A stretch of DNA of 64,000 bases from a virus (Duplodnaviria > Caudoviricetes), in the IMG/VR virus record IMGVR_UViG_3300044511_000089, positions 277-64,276 of that record. One strand, 5' to 3'. Numbering within the stretch: position 1 is the first letter of the stretch; every line of letters starts with the position of its first letter. Positions 47,014-56,681 of the stretch are shown here, in pieces. The notes under the pieces are model-generated. The model did not search any database and was not told where the DNA came from. It was given only the letters and a program-made list of their open reading frames with translations. Position numbers and translations under genes: made by a program.

Positions 47014-47397
47014 TTAGGTTGACTTCTTCCTCCCACGACCCGTCTTGACCGGCTCGACCTTCGTGGCGTCGGCCACGCTCAGCACGGGAGCCTGCTCAAC
47101 TGGCGGCGGGGACTGGCCCCCTTCCACAACTTGGGCACCCGTTCCCGTTATTGATTGGGGCGGTGACGGTGGAAAGCTTGCCGTGCCTTGCGCCCTCGGC
47201 TTTTTTTTTGCGTATTCCTCCTCCTCAATCTCCCACACAGCCGATGCCGGGTTCTTCGCCAATTCTCCGAGGGTTGCTCCAAGGACAGGGTCGTCCGTGG
47301 CGTAGATGCCTGTCAATGTGCCGCCAATGGCACCCGCAGGCTCGAACAGGACTCCCGCGATGTAACGCGAGATGTTGTGCGCGCAGAAGTATCGCAT
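47014..47397 (-). CDS. Head-region hypothetical protein with a slippery A9G site
   Basis: 127 aa; GCA AAA AAA AAG at 47200-47211; GRGRKK C-terminus. Confidence 0.7.
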   Translation of the reverse strand: MRYFCAHNISRYIAGVLFEPAGAIGGTLTGIYATDDPVLGATLGELAKNPASAVWEIEEEEYAKKKPRAQGTASFPPSPPQSITGTGAQVVEGGQSPPPVEQAPVLSVADATKVEPVKTGRGRKKST

Positions 47398-47408
47398 GAC
47401 TGCCTCTT

Positions 47409-47448
47409 ACAACAAACAAGGGGCGGGCGCAAGCTGCACCCGGCCCCT
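47409..47448 (-). terminator. Rho-independent terminator after the capsid and decoration genes
   Basis: GC-rich stem AGGGGC..GCCCCT followed on the minus strand by TTGTTTGTTGT. Confidence 0.6.
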
Positions 47449-47476
47449 CGCCACACACTTCACCCCACTGAAAACC

Positions 47477-47902
47477 TTACAGCACCCGAGCGGTGCTCGG
47501 CAGGCGCACGAGATTCACGGAGAGCGCCACGGACGAGCCAGCGTCCTGAGCCGTCTTCGAGTAGGCCACGTAGAGGTAGCGGGCTTCCTTCCTGAGCGTG
47601 CCGCTGAGCTTGAAGAAATCCACCGCGTTCGCCGCGTCCGTCAGTGCTTTCGCACCGGAGTTCGCCGCACGGTCTGCCAAGCGCGTGGCAACATCGCCAA
47701 CCGCCACTGGCTCGTCGCTGAACCACCACACGCCGGTCACGGTTCGCGCCGCACCAACCGAGGTCGCGTTGCCAGCCGCCTTCGCCGTCAGGATGAACTC
47801 CTCCGGGTATGTCACCGAGGACAGGTCGACTTCGGTGACACCCGCGTTCGTTTCGGCACCGACAGCACTGAGCGTGAACGGCAGTGTTTTGAGGATTTTC
47901 AT
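47477..47902 (-). CDS. Putative capsid decoration/cement protein
   Basis: 141 aa, beta-rich, directly after the MCP; ARYLYVAY motif. Confidence 0.6.
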   Translation of the reverse strand: MKILKTLPFTLSAVGAETNAGVTEVDLSSVTYPEEFILTAKAAGNATSVGAARTVTGVWWFSDEPVAVGDVATRLADRAANSGAKALTDAANAVDFFKLSGTLRKEARYLYVAYSKTAQDAGSSVALSVNLVRLPSTARVL

Positions 47903-47935
47903 GGTGTTCTGGTTGTTGTGTCGTCAGCCCGTGGG

Positions 47936-49600
47936 TTACACCGTGCATCCCGGCACCGTCAGGCTCGGGCACGCCGAACTGAAGTTGTCGATGATGAAGT
48001 GGCGGTTCGGGTCTTCGATGATGGCCGTCCATGTCTGCGATTGCAACTCGTAGTGGTGGATGTTCGGCTTGATGACACAGTTGTAGAGGTTGTCGTAGAT
48101 GTTCGTCTGCCTCTGCGCCGAGGATGTCCCGGCGATGCCGAGCAGCACGTCCGTCCAGTCGATGCCCCACATCGTGCGCCCACGGTTCGCCTGTCCCGAT
48201 TGGAACGCCGACAGCTTGTCGTCGAAGTAGGGGTGATGGAAGATGGCGAGGTTGAACCCGCCGAGGTCCGGCGGCAACTGGTAGAGGTTGTAGGGCATCG
48301 CCACTTGGTCGCCGAACTTGAGCGCGCCCTGCTCGCTGTAGTAGCGAACCGTGTCCACCCCATACTTCGCCTTGTAGAAGCTGGTGAACAACTGGAGGAT
48401 TTTGCCCGCCGTGTCGCGGTCGGTCATAAAGTCGATGGTGTCGACCGTGCCGCCGTCCGCCTCACGCGCCCGCTTCATCAGGTAGGCGACCGCAGCGAGG
48501 TTGTCCACGCTGAGCGGGTTGCCTTGGTGGTCCAGATACCGCCCGCAGTCCTGCAACATGGTCTTGAAACCAAGCGCGCGGGCCTTGTATTCGAGCGTGC
48601 AACCGCCCGCGTTCGGGTCAATCACCGTCGGGAGCGACGTGTAGGTTTCGACCGTCTGGTTCTCGTTAATGCGCTGCCCGTAGAACACCGAGTTCACCCA
48701 GTCGCGCATGAACTTCGCGTATTTGATGCGCTTCTGCTCGGCCAGAGGCAGTTGCGCGAACTCCTTGAAGTAACCCGAGGTGAGCGCCGCGTTGAGCGCC
48801 TTCAGGTATTCGTCGGAGTATTCGTGCGTGTAGCGCGAGGTCTGGAGCCAGAACGTCAGCAGCTTGTTCGTGTTCTCGGCCACCTCGTTGAAGCACCACG
48901 CCTCGTAATCGCTGATGCTGTTCGTCAGGTTGATGACCGTGCCCGCCTTCTGCGTGAGGAGTCCCTGCCACGGCTTGCGGCCAGCGGCGCCGAGCGCCCC
49001 CCATCCGCCCGAGGAGTAGTTCGGCTCGCCAACCACATCAGCCTTGGTCGGGTCGCCGGGGTTCACGACCGAACTGATGATGGTGAACTGCGCGGCGTAG
49101 GCCACGTTCGTCGTGGTGTCCACCCATTCGACCTGCAACACCTTGCCGACGAGGAAGTAGTTCTGGACGTTCGGCAGCGCCGTCGCGAGCGTTCCGCCGT
49201 GGTTGCCAATCGTCAGCGTGAGGCGATACGCCTGACCGCCGACCGCCGATTGCTGCGCCGCGTCCGTCAGCACGAAGTAGTTGCTGTTGATGTTCCGCTT
49301 CTGCCGACGGTAGATGTAGGGCAGGATGACCGAATCATTCGGTGGAATCCGCACCTTGCTCACCGCGTTCTTCACCGGGGCGAGGCGGCTGAACAGCAGC
49401 ATCTCAAGCGTGTTCTCGATGTAACCCGCCGCCTTCGCCTCCTGCGCGTTGGTGATGAGCTTGTCCATGCCCACCTCCTTGTTGCCTTGGTCCTCGAACG
49501 CCTGAGGTGTCATGCCGATGATGTTCGCCCGCGTTAGCGAACAGCCAGCCGATGACGGGATGTTGACGACGCGCGGATTGCAGTTGTTGGGGAAGGCCAT
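47936..49600 (-). CDS. Major capsid protein
   Basis: Follows the scaffold; very strong GC3 codon bias; VNSVFYGQ..RALGFKTML pattern of HK97-fold coats; terminator downstream. Confidence 0.75.
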   Translation of the reverse strand: MAFPNNCNPRVVNIPSSAGCSLTRANIIGMTPQAFEDQGNKEVGMDKLITNAQEAKAAGYIENTLEMLLFSRLAPVKNAVSKVRIPPNDSVILPYIYRRQKRNINSNYFVLTDAAQQSAVGGQAYRLTLTIGNHGGTLATALPNVQNYFLVGKVLQVEWVDTTTNVAYAAQFTIISSVVNPGDPTKADVVGEPNYSSGGWGALGAAGRKPWQGLLTQKAGTVINLTNSISDYEAWCFNEVAENTNKLLTFWLQTSRYTHEYSDEYLKALNAALTSGYFKEFAQLPLAEQKRIKYAKFMRDWVNSVFYGQRINENQTVETYTSLPTVIDPNAGGCTLEYKARALGFKTMLQDCGRYLDHQGNPLSVDNLAAVAYLMKRAREADGGTVDTIDFMTDRDTAGKILQLFTSFYKAKYGVDTVRYYSEQGALKFGDQVAMPYNLYQLPPDLGGFNLAIFHHPYFDDKLSAFQSGQANRGRTMWGIDWTDVLLGIAGTSSAQRQTNIYDNLYNCVIKPNIHHYELQSQTWTAIIEDPNRHFIIDNFSSACPSLTVPGCTV

Positions 49601-49710
49601 GTTGAGTATGGGTTGTCGTTGGAGCCAAGATTACCGGCACCTTACGAACCAGACCACCTTCACCGCGCAGATTGTTGAAGATTTTTTCCCGAAGACCGAC
49701 TTATATCGAA

Positions 49711-51042
49711 TCAGCCTGTGGCGAACTTCTCAGCACCCGGATACAGGCGTTTGAAGAATTGTTGGATTTCCCCGTCTGGCTGGCCAGAAGCTGTCGGCCC
49801 CGGCGCTGGCTGAATGCCTGCGTGCGGGGATGTCCCTTTCGGCGGATTCGGTGAAGCAGGAGCGGGTTGGTGGCCTTGCGCCCGCACATAGCCGCCCTTT
49901 TCGAGCGTCCGAATCTTGTGTTCGGCCTCTTTTTGGGCGTTCACTTGAATCATGGCGAGCACCTGTGCGTCGCTGAACGTCCAGTGCGCCGCGCGTTCCT
50001 GTTCGGTCATCGAGGCAATCGCCTCGCGTGTCGCGAATGTCCTTCCGTTCACAACCTTGCTGGCCCCGCCATCGCGCATGAACAAACGCTCCTGTTCCTT
50101 CAGGAACTGAAAAAGCCATACATGGTCGCTGTTCCGCGCGTCGAACTCGGCCACGCCGTTCACGAGGTTCACGTAGTTCGTTGCCGCCTGATGCGCCGCA
50201 AACAGAATGGGTGCCTCGACGGGATACTTGTCGAGCAGTTCCTGCGTGAACCCTCCAGATTGCACCGCATCAACAAGGGCTTTCGGGATGAAGCCGTTCT
50301 GCTGAGCGCCGACGTTGCCCATGAACCCGCTGATTTGAGCGTCCCTTGATGCCTGTGTCCTGACGGCACGCAGTTCAGCCTGCTGCTTCTCCATCGTCGC
50401 CCGCATGTCATTGGCGGCCTGCTGCTTCGCCTCGTCGATGAGTTGCGCTCGTTCAAGCTTGCGACGGTCGCCCTCCTGATACTTCGGTCGGTTTGTGTTC
50501 ACAAACTCCTCGAAGTCGGCGTCTTCCGGTGTCAGGTGCGGATGCTCGGAGACGAACGTGTTCAGTTTCTTGAAGTAGTCGCGCATCTTCGCCTCGTGAC
50601 CGGGATACTTCGCCGGGTTGTGCGTCTCGGCGAACCTTGCGAGGCTGAGTTCCTCAAGCTGGCTTTCCGTCAACCCCTCATTCGGGTCGTTTGGGGGCGG
50701 CGTGGCCGCAGGCGAAGGTGATGGTGTCGGGGCAGGGGCCGGTGCCTGCTTGATGGACAACTGCGGTGTTGCAGGCGCGAGCTTCACCGCTTTCTGTGCT
50801 TGAGGAACAGCGGGTGTGGGTGCTGGTGCAGCCGGAGCAGGAGGTGGGGCAGACTCGTTCTTCTTTCGCGCCTCCTCGATTTCAGCCTGTCTCGCCATCT
50901 GGTCTGCGAGTGGGACTGCAAGTTGGTTCGCGACGCCATCCTCGGGTGCCGGTGTGACCTTCGGACGTGACGACGGGTCGCCGATGACGAGTCCTACTTT
51001 CTCGGCGAGCTTTGAAACGAATGGGTCGATTGGGTCGGGCAT
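49711..51042 (-). CDS. Putative scaffold protein
   Basis: Pro/Ala-rich N-terminus and helical core; between portal and MCP. Confidence 0.65.
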   Translation of the reverse strand: MPDPIDPFVSKLAEKVGLVIGDPSSRPKVTPAPEDGVANQLAVPLADQMARQAEIEEARKKNESAPPPAPAAPAPTPAVPQAQKAVKLAPATPQLSIKQAPAPAPTPSPSPAATPPPNDPNEGLTESQLEELSLARFAETHNPAKYPGHEAKMRDYFKKLNTFVSEHPHLTPEDADFEEFVNTNRPKYQEGDRRKLERAQLIDEAKQQAANDMRATMEKQQAELRAVRTQASRDAQISGFMGNVGAQQNGFIPKALVDAVQSGGFTQELLDKYPVEAPILFAAHQAATNYVNLVNGVAEFDARNSDHVWLFQFLKEQERLFMRDGGASKVVNGRTFATREAIASMTEQERAAHWTFSDAQVLAMIQVNAQKEAEHKIRTLEKGGYVRAQGHQPAPASPNPPKGTSPHAGIQPAPGPTASGQPDGEIQQFFKRLYPGAEKFATG

Positions 51043-51075
51043 GGTGTGGTGTGTGGTGTTGGTTCTTGAGGGTGC

Positions 51076-51375
51076 TTATTCGCTGATGATTTGCCAGTCC
51101 TCGGCCAGCATATCTGTCTGGCTTGCCAGCCATCCTGTGAGGACTTTCTTGTCGGCGGTCATCATTCGGATGCTGCCAAGGGCTTCAACCTCGCCGCCGT
51201 TCGCTTCGGCCAAGGCTTTAAGATGAGGCTCGCGACACCATTCAGCCTTTACCTTTGCGGCTGGGAGAAGCCACAGATACATTCCGCGCCCATTCCAGCC
51301 GGGGCGGGTCACTCGCCGCCCGCGTTTCAACGCCTCGATTGCTTCTCCGAATTTAAGGTCTGAAGTCTTTTCCAT
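51076..51375 (-). CDS. tad2: DUF2829 / Tad2-family (Thoeris anti-defence 2) sponge protein
   Basis: Signature FGEAIEALKRG.RV.R.GWNG.GM...W.ASQTDMLAEDW. Confidence 0.85.
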   Translation of the reverse strand: MEKTSDLKFGEAIEALKRGRRVTRPGWNGRGMYLWLLPAAKVKAEWCREPHLKALAEANGGEVEALGSIRMMTADKKVLTGWLASQTDMLAEDWQIISE

Positions 51376-51399
51376 AATCTTAGTCTTCTGGTTGTGGCC

Positions 51400-53784
51400 T
51401 TACGCTGCTGCTTCTACGGGCTTGATGTCAGGAGGCATTTCCGATGGCGTCAGTCCATTCGCCTGCTCAATCTGGCGCTGGACGTCGGGCGGGGCTGAAC
51501 CATAGGCGACGGTCGGCGGTTTCGGTGCCTGCGCAAGCTGCTCGATGCGCTTCTGCATCTGCATCAAGACCTGCTGCATCTGCGCCGTGTCTTCCGTCTC
51601 CTTCGCCAACGCCTCGGAAACCTGCTGCATAAACATCTGCATCTTCTCGTTCTCGTCAGGGCCGAACTTCGTGTTCTCGCCGGGGGCGAGTTCGAGCTTC
51701 ACGTCAACGGCAGCGCCAGAGGACCGGAGGATTTCATTGATGACGGCGTATAGCTGCTCCTTGCCCATTGCCTCGATGACACCGGGCATCGCCGACAGGA
51801 ACTGCATAAGCTGCGTGAGCACGGTGGCCCCCTGCTGGTTGGAACCGCGCTCGGAGCCGTCCTTCGACGAGAAGTAGACCGAATGCACCAGCGCGCTCGG
51901 AAGCCCGATGATGGTGCGCTTCTTCCTGAGCGGGTCTGAGAAGGTTTCGTTCTCGTCAACTGCCACGGTGAACCCGGCCTTCTTGATGACCGACTCTGGA
52001 TACCGCGCAATCACAGGGACACGAAGCTCCGAGCCGCACGCCACGAGCGATTCGTAGATGATGCGCTTCTTCGCCTCCCTGCCCGCGTCAATGCCGTCCG
52101 AGATGAACGAGAAAACCGAGGTCGTCGTCTGCGCAATCTGGTTCGCCTCGGTCGCGCTGATTTCCCGAGGCGCGGGTTGACCCTGCTCGTTCGGTGACAT
52201 CGCCTCCATGCGCTCCACCAAGGAGATTAGCTGCGCCATTGCTTGAACGCTTGCCGTGATGGATTGCGCCGCGCGTGTCTCGTGCAGCACGACCGCCTTG
52301 GAAATGTCGATGCCGTTGTCCTTCGCCCGTGACCCTGACAACTCGACGATGATGGGTTCAGCCGACCAGCTTTTGCCCTTCAACTGCGACTGAATCTTCT
52401 CGCGCTGCTGCTTGTCAGGGATGACGTCGATGTCGATGGTGACAACCTTCATCAGGTCGGCCTCGGCGGTCTTCAGCATCTGTGTCACGAGGTTCGTCAT
52501 CTGGTCCTGATACGGCATCAACTGGTGCGCGAACGAGATGTTCACCTGCCGGTTCTCGTTCTCGTTGTAGGCGTAGAAACAGCACGGGGAGGACGGCATG
52601 AACTCGGCGAAGATGACCGCGTTCTCCGACGCGAACGTGCACCGCATCCAGACAGGATGCGGGTAGTCGCCGATGCCGTAGTTTTTCGGGATGATTTTCT
52701 CGAAGTATTCGGTCTTGAAGACTGACGTGTCGTCCATGAGGCTGCCGTAGAACCCCACGTTGTTCACGCGGTCGTTCATCGCCGGTTCGTCAATCTCCGT
52801 CTTCGAGGGCGGCGGCTTCAAAGCCGAATAGTAGTTCGTGAAGTAGGGGCGGTAGGCCGAATACTGGCCCCACAACGTCATCCCGTAACCAATCACGTCC
52901 TTGTTGAAGTAGAGCGGGTTGTTCCTGATGTCGCCGAACCGAGCCACGTCCCAAAACCCGACGTAGCTCGACCCAGTGTCCGTGTTCAGCGTGGAAATGG
53001 GATAGGCGTTGTCCCAAAAGACACGCGACGGATGCGGGTTCACGAAGCAAATGCCCTCCTTCTCGATGGACGAGGCAAGATTGCCGTTCTCGTCGACGTG
53101 GATGGACTCCAGCTTCTCCCAGCTTGACCGCACGAAATCGAGACAGTGACCGTAGAGAAGAACGTCCCTGATGACCTGCACCTCATGCGCACGCAGGCCA
53201 AACTGGTCGACCATGATGTCGGCGCGTTGCGACAGTGCATCGGAGCGAAGCAGGTCGACCTCGGAGGTTCCCCGTGGCTCGTATTTGAAGTAGGGCCAGA
53301 GGTTCGTGTATTTGTTGCTCTGCGCCGAGAGCCTTCTCGTCACCATGCTGCGGATGAGGTTCACCTCGGTTTCAACGAAGGTCGGAAGCTCGATGCCCGT
53401 CACCTTGCCGGTCCCGTCTTTCCTGATGTATTTGTCCGCGTTCGAGATGTTCGCCAAGTCGGTCACCGCCTGCTCGAACTGAAGCTTGCCCTGTGCATAG
53501 AGCAGCAACGGTATCTTCGTCCGGTTCACAGGCGGTGAATCCCAAGCGAGGTCCACGGCGGTCCAGATGTGATGGTTCTTCAGGCTGAACGCCATGTGCT
53601 CGTTGAGGCGCGAACGAATCTTCTCCTCGAAATGCTGCCGTGTTTTTACGTCCTGCTGCCTCTGTTCCACCTGCTCCTTCGTCATCTTCGACTTCTCGGC
53701 CTCGGTCGGGGCGACGGCGGTGAACACTTCGGCCAACCGATTGTCGGTCGTGCCCATTCTGCGCATGGCGTCGAAACAAATCAT
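51400..53784 (-). CDS. Portal protein
   Basis: 794 aa, downstream of TerL. Podovirus portal motifs LMPYQDQM and SATEA; start at the ATGA overlap at 53784. Confidence 0.8.
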   Translation of the reverse strand: MICFDAMRRMGTTDNRLAEVFTAVAPTEAEKSKMTKEQVEQRQQDVKTRQHFEEKIRSRLNEHMAFSLKNHHIWTAVDLAWDSPPVNRTKIPLLLYAQGKLQFEQAVTDLANISNADKYIRKDGTGKVTGIELPTFVETEVNLIRSMVTRRLSAQSNKYTNLWPYFKYEPRGTSEVDLLRSDALSQRADIMVDQFGLRAHEVQVIRDVLLYGHCLDFVRSSWEKLESIHVDENGNLASSIEKEGICFVNPHPSRVFWDNAYPISTLNTDTGSSYVGFWDVARFGDIRNNPLYFNKDVIGYGMTLWGQYSAYRPYFTNYYSALKPPPSKTEIDEPAMNDRVNNVGFYGSLMDDTSVFKTEYFEKIIPKNYGIGDYPHPVWMRCTFASENAVIFAEFMPSSPCCFYAYNENENRQVNISFAHQLMPYQDQMTNLVTQMLKTAEADLMKVVTIDIDVIPDKQQREKIQSQLKGKSWSAEPIIVELSGSRAKDNGIDISKAVVLHETRAAQSITASVQAMAQLISLVERMEAMSPNEQGQPAPREISATEANQIAQTTTSVFSFISDGIDAGREAKKRIIYESLVACGSELRVPVIARYPESVIKKAGFTVAVDENETFSDPLRKKRTIIGLPSALVHSVYFSSKDGSERGSNQQGATVLTQLMQFLSAMPGVIEAMGKEQLYAVINEILRSSGAAVDVKLELAPGENTKFGPDENEKMQMFMQQVSEALAKETEDTAQMQQVLMQMQKRIEQLAQAPKPPTVAYGSAPPDVQRQIEQANGLTPSEMPPDIKPVEAAA

Positions 53785-54164
53785 GTGATGGTCGCGCCTT
53801 TGCGCGTCTGGATGATGAGGTTGTAAGGGACAATCGGCTTCTTCGACATGGTGCGCCTCAACAGGAACTGCGAGAACAGGTGCAGGTGCAGCGCGACGGA
53901 ACCCTTCAGAAAACCGGACTGCGTCCACGCTTCCTTCTCCACCGGAACCGCCGCCACACCGAACAGCAACTCGGCTGGCGTGCATTCGCACCGCAACGCC
54001 AGTTCAGCGACGTGCTCCTTCGTCCAGCCGTTGAGCACGCCCATCTTCACCCAATGGTCGTAGAGGAGCAACTGCCTTACCGAACGCCCCGTGTCGTTCC
54101 AGACCGACTTCAGCGACTCGATGTCCTCGGCTGCGGCCCCGGCGGTGGTTTCTGCTGGGTTCAT
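53781..54164 (-). CDS. Hypothetical protein
   Basis: Coupled to the portal gene. Confidence 0.65.
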   Translation of the reverse strand: MNPAETTAGAAAEDIESLKSVWNDTGRSVRQLLLYDHWVKMGVLNGWTKEHVAELALRCECTPAELLFGVAAVPVEKEAWTQSGFLKGSVALHLHLFSQFLLRRTMSKKPIVPYNLIIQTRKGATIT

Positions 54165-54166
54165 CG

Positions 54167-54457
54167 TCAGTAGGTCGCCCCGCCGACCACAATCATCGCT
54201 GGCGACTTCTCCTCCTTTTCGTCGCCGCCTTCGAGCTTGACCGCGCCCACATCATCCGACGGGGGAGGCGTGTGTTCGCCATTGTGCAGCGGGCCAGCCT
54301 CCTCGATGGAACCGGAGATTCCATTGCTGTCGATGGAGGTGACGAGGAACGCCACCTTAGCGGAACAACGACCGCCCACCTTGTAGGATTGGAACGCCTC
54401 GAACAACTCGGGCGCACCGTCGAAACTGATGTGGATGATGTTTGCTTTGTCGTGCAT
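54167..54457 (-). CDS. Hypothetical protein
   Basis: Tightly packed between TerL and the next gene. Confidence 0.65.
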   Translation of the reverse strand: MHDKANIIHISFDGAPELFEAFQSYKVGGRCSAKVAFLVTSIDSNGISGSIEEAGPLHNGEHTPPPSDDVGAVKLEGGDEKEEKSPAMIVVGGATY

Positions 54458-54466
54458 GGGTTATCT

Positions 54467-55993
54467 TTAGGTCGCGAAGCGCGGAGTTGCAAACGCTTTC
54501 GGTGTCATCCATCCGGCTCCGCACAGGTAGACCTCCGGCTTGTAGCTGTCGCCGCTCATGGACGCCCGTGTCGCGATTCTTGACGGATGCACGCTGTAGA
54601 GAAACGGCGGATAGCTGCATGAGTCGAACGGGTGGATGTGCGGCGAGCGCGCGGGCTTGAACCCGGCCATCGGGTCGTAGTCGGACTTCGACCTCTCCGA
54701 TTCGAGGTGCATGAACATCTCGATGTGCCCGTCGCACAGCGCGGAGACGACCAAGCACTCCTGCTGCAACAGTGAAATCATCAGCCTCACCCGGTCGGCC
54801 CTTGAGTTCTTCCCCTTCGGACACGGCATCAGCCGTATGCTGCCCTTCGACAACTCCTCGATTTCACGGGCGTCGAAGCTCCCGTCCGACCGCTGATGGC
54901 TGAACGCGGCCTCGTCCGAGATGTGCACGAACTTGAGCTTTCCGCCAGACCGCTCGTTCCAATACTTCATCCGTTCGAGTATCATCGGCACCACGGCGAA
55001 GTAGGGCATGTATTCCCCGACAAGGTTCACCTCGTCGAACACCGTCCACAACGAGCGTTCAGTGGTCGGAACCATCTGCATGAAGCTGACCGAAAAGTTC
55101 ACGGGGCCGGGGTCGTAACCAATGATGACCGGGCTGGTCGGTATCACCGAAAGGCCGGTGTTCTTCGCCGAGTCGCCCTTCACATGGATTTCAGGGATGA
55201 ACCACGCCTTGAAGATTGCCGTTCCCGACGGGCGGTCCACCCACTCGCCACGAACCATCCGCGCCTCCTCGACAGGGTCGCCGCGCACCGCCTCTACCAC
55301 GGAGTTCCAATAATCGTCTGGAATGTTGTGCCGGTTCTCCGCGATGGGGACGTGGAACCGCGCGTATTCCGGCTTCGGTTTCCCATCCTCGCCAATGCTG
55401 CGTTCCCAAAACCGCTTGTAGAGCCAGTGCCGTTTCCCCTCCGGGTTGCAGCAGTAGATGATTTGCTGGAGCTTGATTCCCTCCCGACGCCCAATCTGCT
55501 GCACAATGGACGTGAAGTAGGTGTCGGACTCAAGGGTCTGCGCCTCGTCCACCATCACGAACGACGGCTCCATGCCTTTCACGCGGTCACTGACAAACCC
55601 CTCGACAGGCATCGACAGAAGAACGATGCGGCTCCAGCCGTTCTTCCAGTTGCGCACCCAAAGGAACGTGTCCTTCGCGATGTTGGTTTTCGGGTCGCTG
55701 AAGAACTGGTTCTCAGGATTCGCTTGGTCGAAGCCAAGTCCTATCGCCCAATCAGGAAGGATTTTACGGATGAGCTTGTCCCATGCGCCTCCTTCCTCGG
55801 CCTGACGCTTGACGCCGGTGATGATGATGCACAGCGCGTTCTCGTTCTCGTAGGCGTGCCGCACCATCTTGTGCAACGCCCCGATGGTCTTGCCCGACGC
55901 GCGCTCACCGTAGCTCAGGATGAACTTGCAGGTGGAATCGAAGATGGCCTGCTGCGTCGGGTTCAACGATGGCTTCCAGCCACTCGCACTCAT
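54467..55993 (-). CDS. terL: Terminase large subunit
   Basis: LNPTQ Q-motif, GERASGKT, MVDEAQ, CCNPEG coupling motif, GYDPG nuclease motif and HPFDSCSY. Confidence 0.93.
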   Translation of the reverse strand: MSASGWKPSLNPTQQAIFDSTCKFILSYGERASGKTIGALHKMVRHAYENENALCIIITGVKRQAEEGGAWDKLIRKILPDWAIGLGFDQANPENQFFSDPKTNIAKDTFLWVRNWKNGWSRIVLLSMPVEGFVSDRVKGMEPSFVMVDEAQTLESDTYFTSIVQQIGRREGIKLQQIIYCCNPEGKRHWLYKRFWERSIGEDGKPKPEYARFHVPIAENRHNIPDDYWNSVVEAVRGDPVEEARMVRGEWVDRPSGTAIFKAWFIPEIHVKGDSAKNTGLSVIPTSPVIIGYDPGPVNFSVSFMQMVPTTERSLWTVFDEVNLVGEYMPYFAVVPMILERMKYWNERSGGKLKFVHISDEAAFSHQRSDGSFDAREIEELSKGSIRLMPCPKGKNSRADRVRLMISLLQQECLVVSALCDGHIEMFMHLESERSKSDYDPMAGFKPARSPHIHPFDSCSYPPFLYSVHPSRIATRASMSGDSYKPEVYLCGAGWMTPKAFATPRFAT

Positions 55994-56646
55994 ACCCCCA
56001 ACTCCTTCTTCGCCTCGGTTTGAACGGCTGCGTCGATGATGCCGATTTCAGCGCCCAACGTCTCCTCGACATGCGCGGCGTCGTGATTCACTCCGTTCAC
56101 TCCGTTCGGAACAGTCTCCACCGCCTTGTTTGTCGTGGCATCGATGACGGGGGCGTCGCACCGACCGAACCCCGGCTTCTGCCTGCGCCCGTTCATCTTC
56201 AGTATCTCACTCTGCCTTTGGAGCAGGGCTGCCTTCATTAGCGTGTTCTTGCTCACGTCGGAACCGAACCTGCGCAGGAGTTCGGTGCCGCGAATGAAGG
56301 CGTCGTTCGCCTCCGCAATCAACACCGCCTTCACCTCGTCCGGTTTCCCCGATTTCTCGAACTTCTCAATCATCTCAAGTTGCTTGTCGCAAAACTTCTT
56401 CAGCTTCACCACCTGCAACCCGACAACACCGCAGATGAGGTCGTGCATCTGGACGTAATGCTTCTGGTGGAACGCATGGTAGGCGACCGCCAGCGCCCCC
56501 TCATCCGCGCTCAGCTTCAGGTCTGGATTCACCAGCGCCGTCTTGAAGTCGCCGCTGGACCGCGCCCCCTCCTCGACGACCATTCGCTCCGCTTTCCGCT
56601 TCTCGGCGTCGGTCGGCCCTGTTCGTAATGACTTCAGCTTCGCCAT
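55990..56646 (-). CDS. Putative terminase small subunit
   Basis: First gene of the late operon, coupled to TerL; helical. Confidence 0.5.
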   Translation of the reverse strand: MAKLKSLRTGPTDAEKRKAERMVVEEGARSSGDFKTALVNPDLKLSADEGALAVAYHAFHQKHYVQMHDLICGVVGLQVVKLKKFCDKQLEMIEKFEKSGKPDEVKAVLIAEANDAFIRGTELLRRFGSDVSKNTLMKAALLQRQSEILKMNGRRQKPGFGRCDAPVIDATTNKAVETVPNGVNGVNHDAAHVEETLGAEIGIIDAAVQTEAKKELGV

Positions 56647-56653
56647 CTCAGAC

Positions 56654-56681
56654 ACTTTGCAATAGTTCCACCATCGCGCAA
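56654..56681 (-). promoter_or_regulatory. Candidate leaderless late promoter
   Basis: TTGCGC-N16-CAAAGT-N7-ATG(56646). Confidence 0.3.

Noticed and set aside
47372-49537. 721-aa plus-strand ORF
   Set aside because: Antisense shadow of the strongly GC3-biased capsid gene; R/V-rich with no motifs. The same applies to 2421-3686, 26032-27156 and 54896-56023.
53785-53991. Longer N-terminus of the portal from the ORF track (also upstream extensions at 14686, 46115, 57852 and 59232)
   Set aside because: These extensions overlap upstream genes or leaders; internal starts at or near the upstream stop codons fit translational coupling better.
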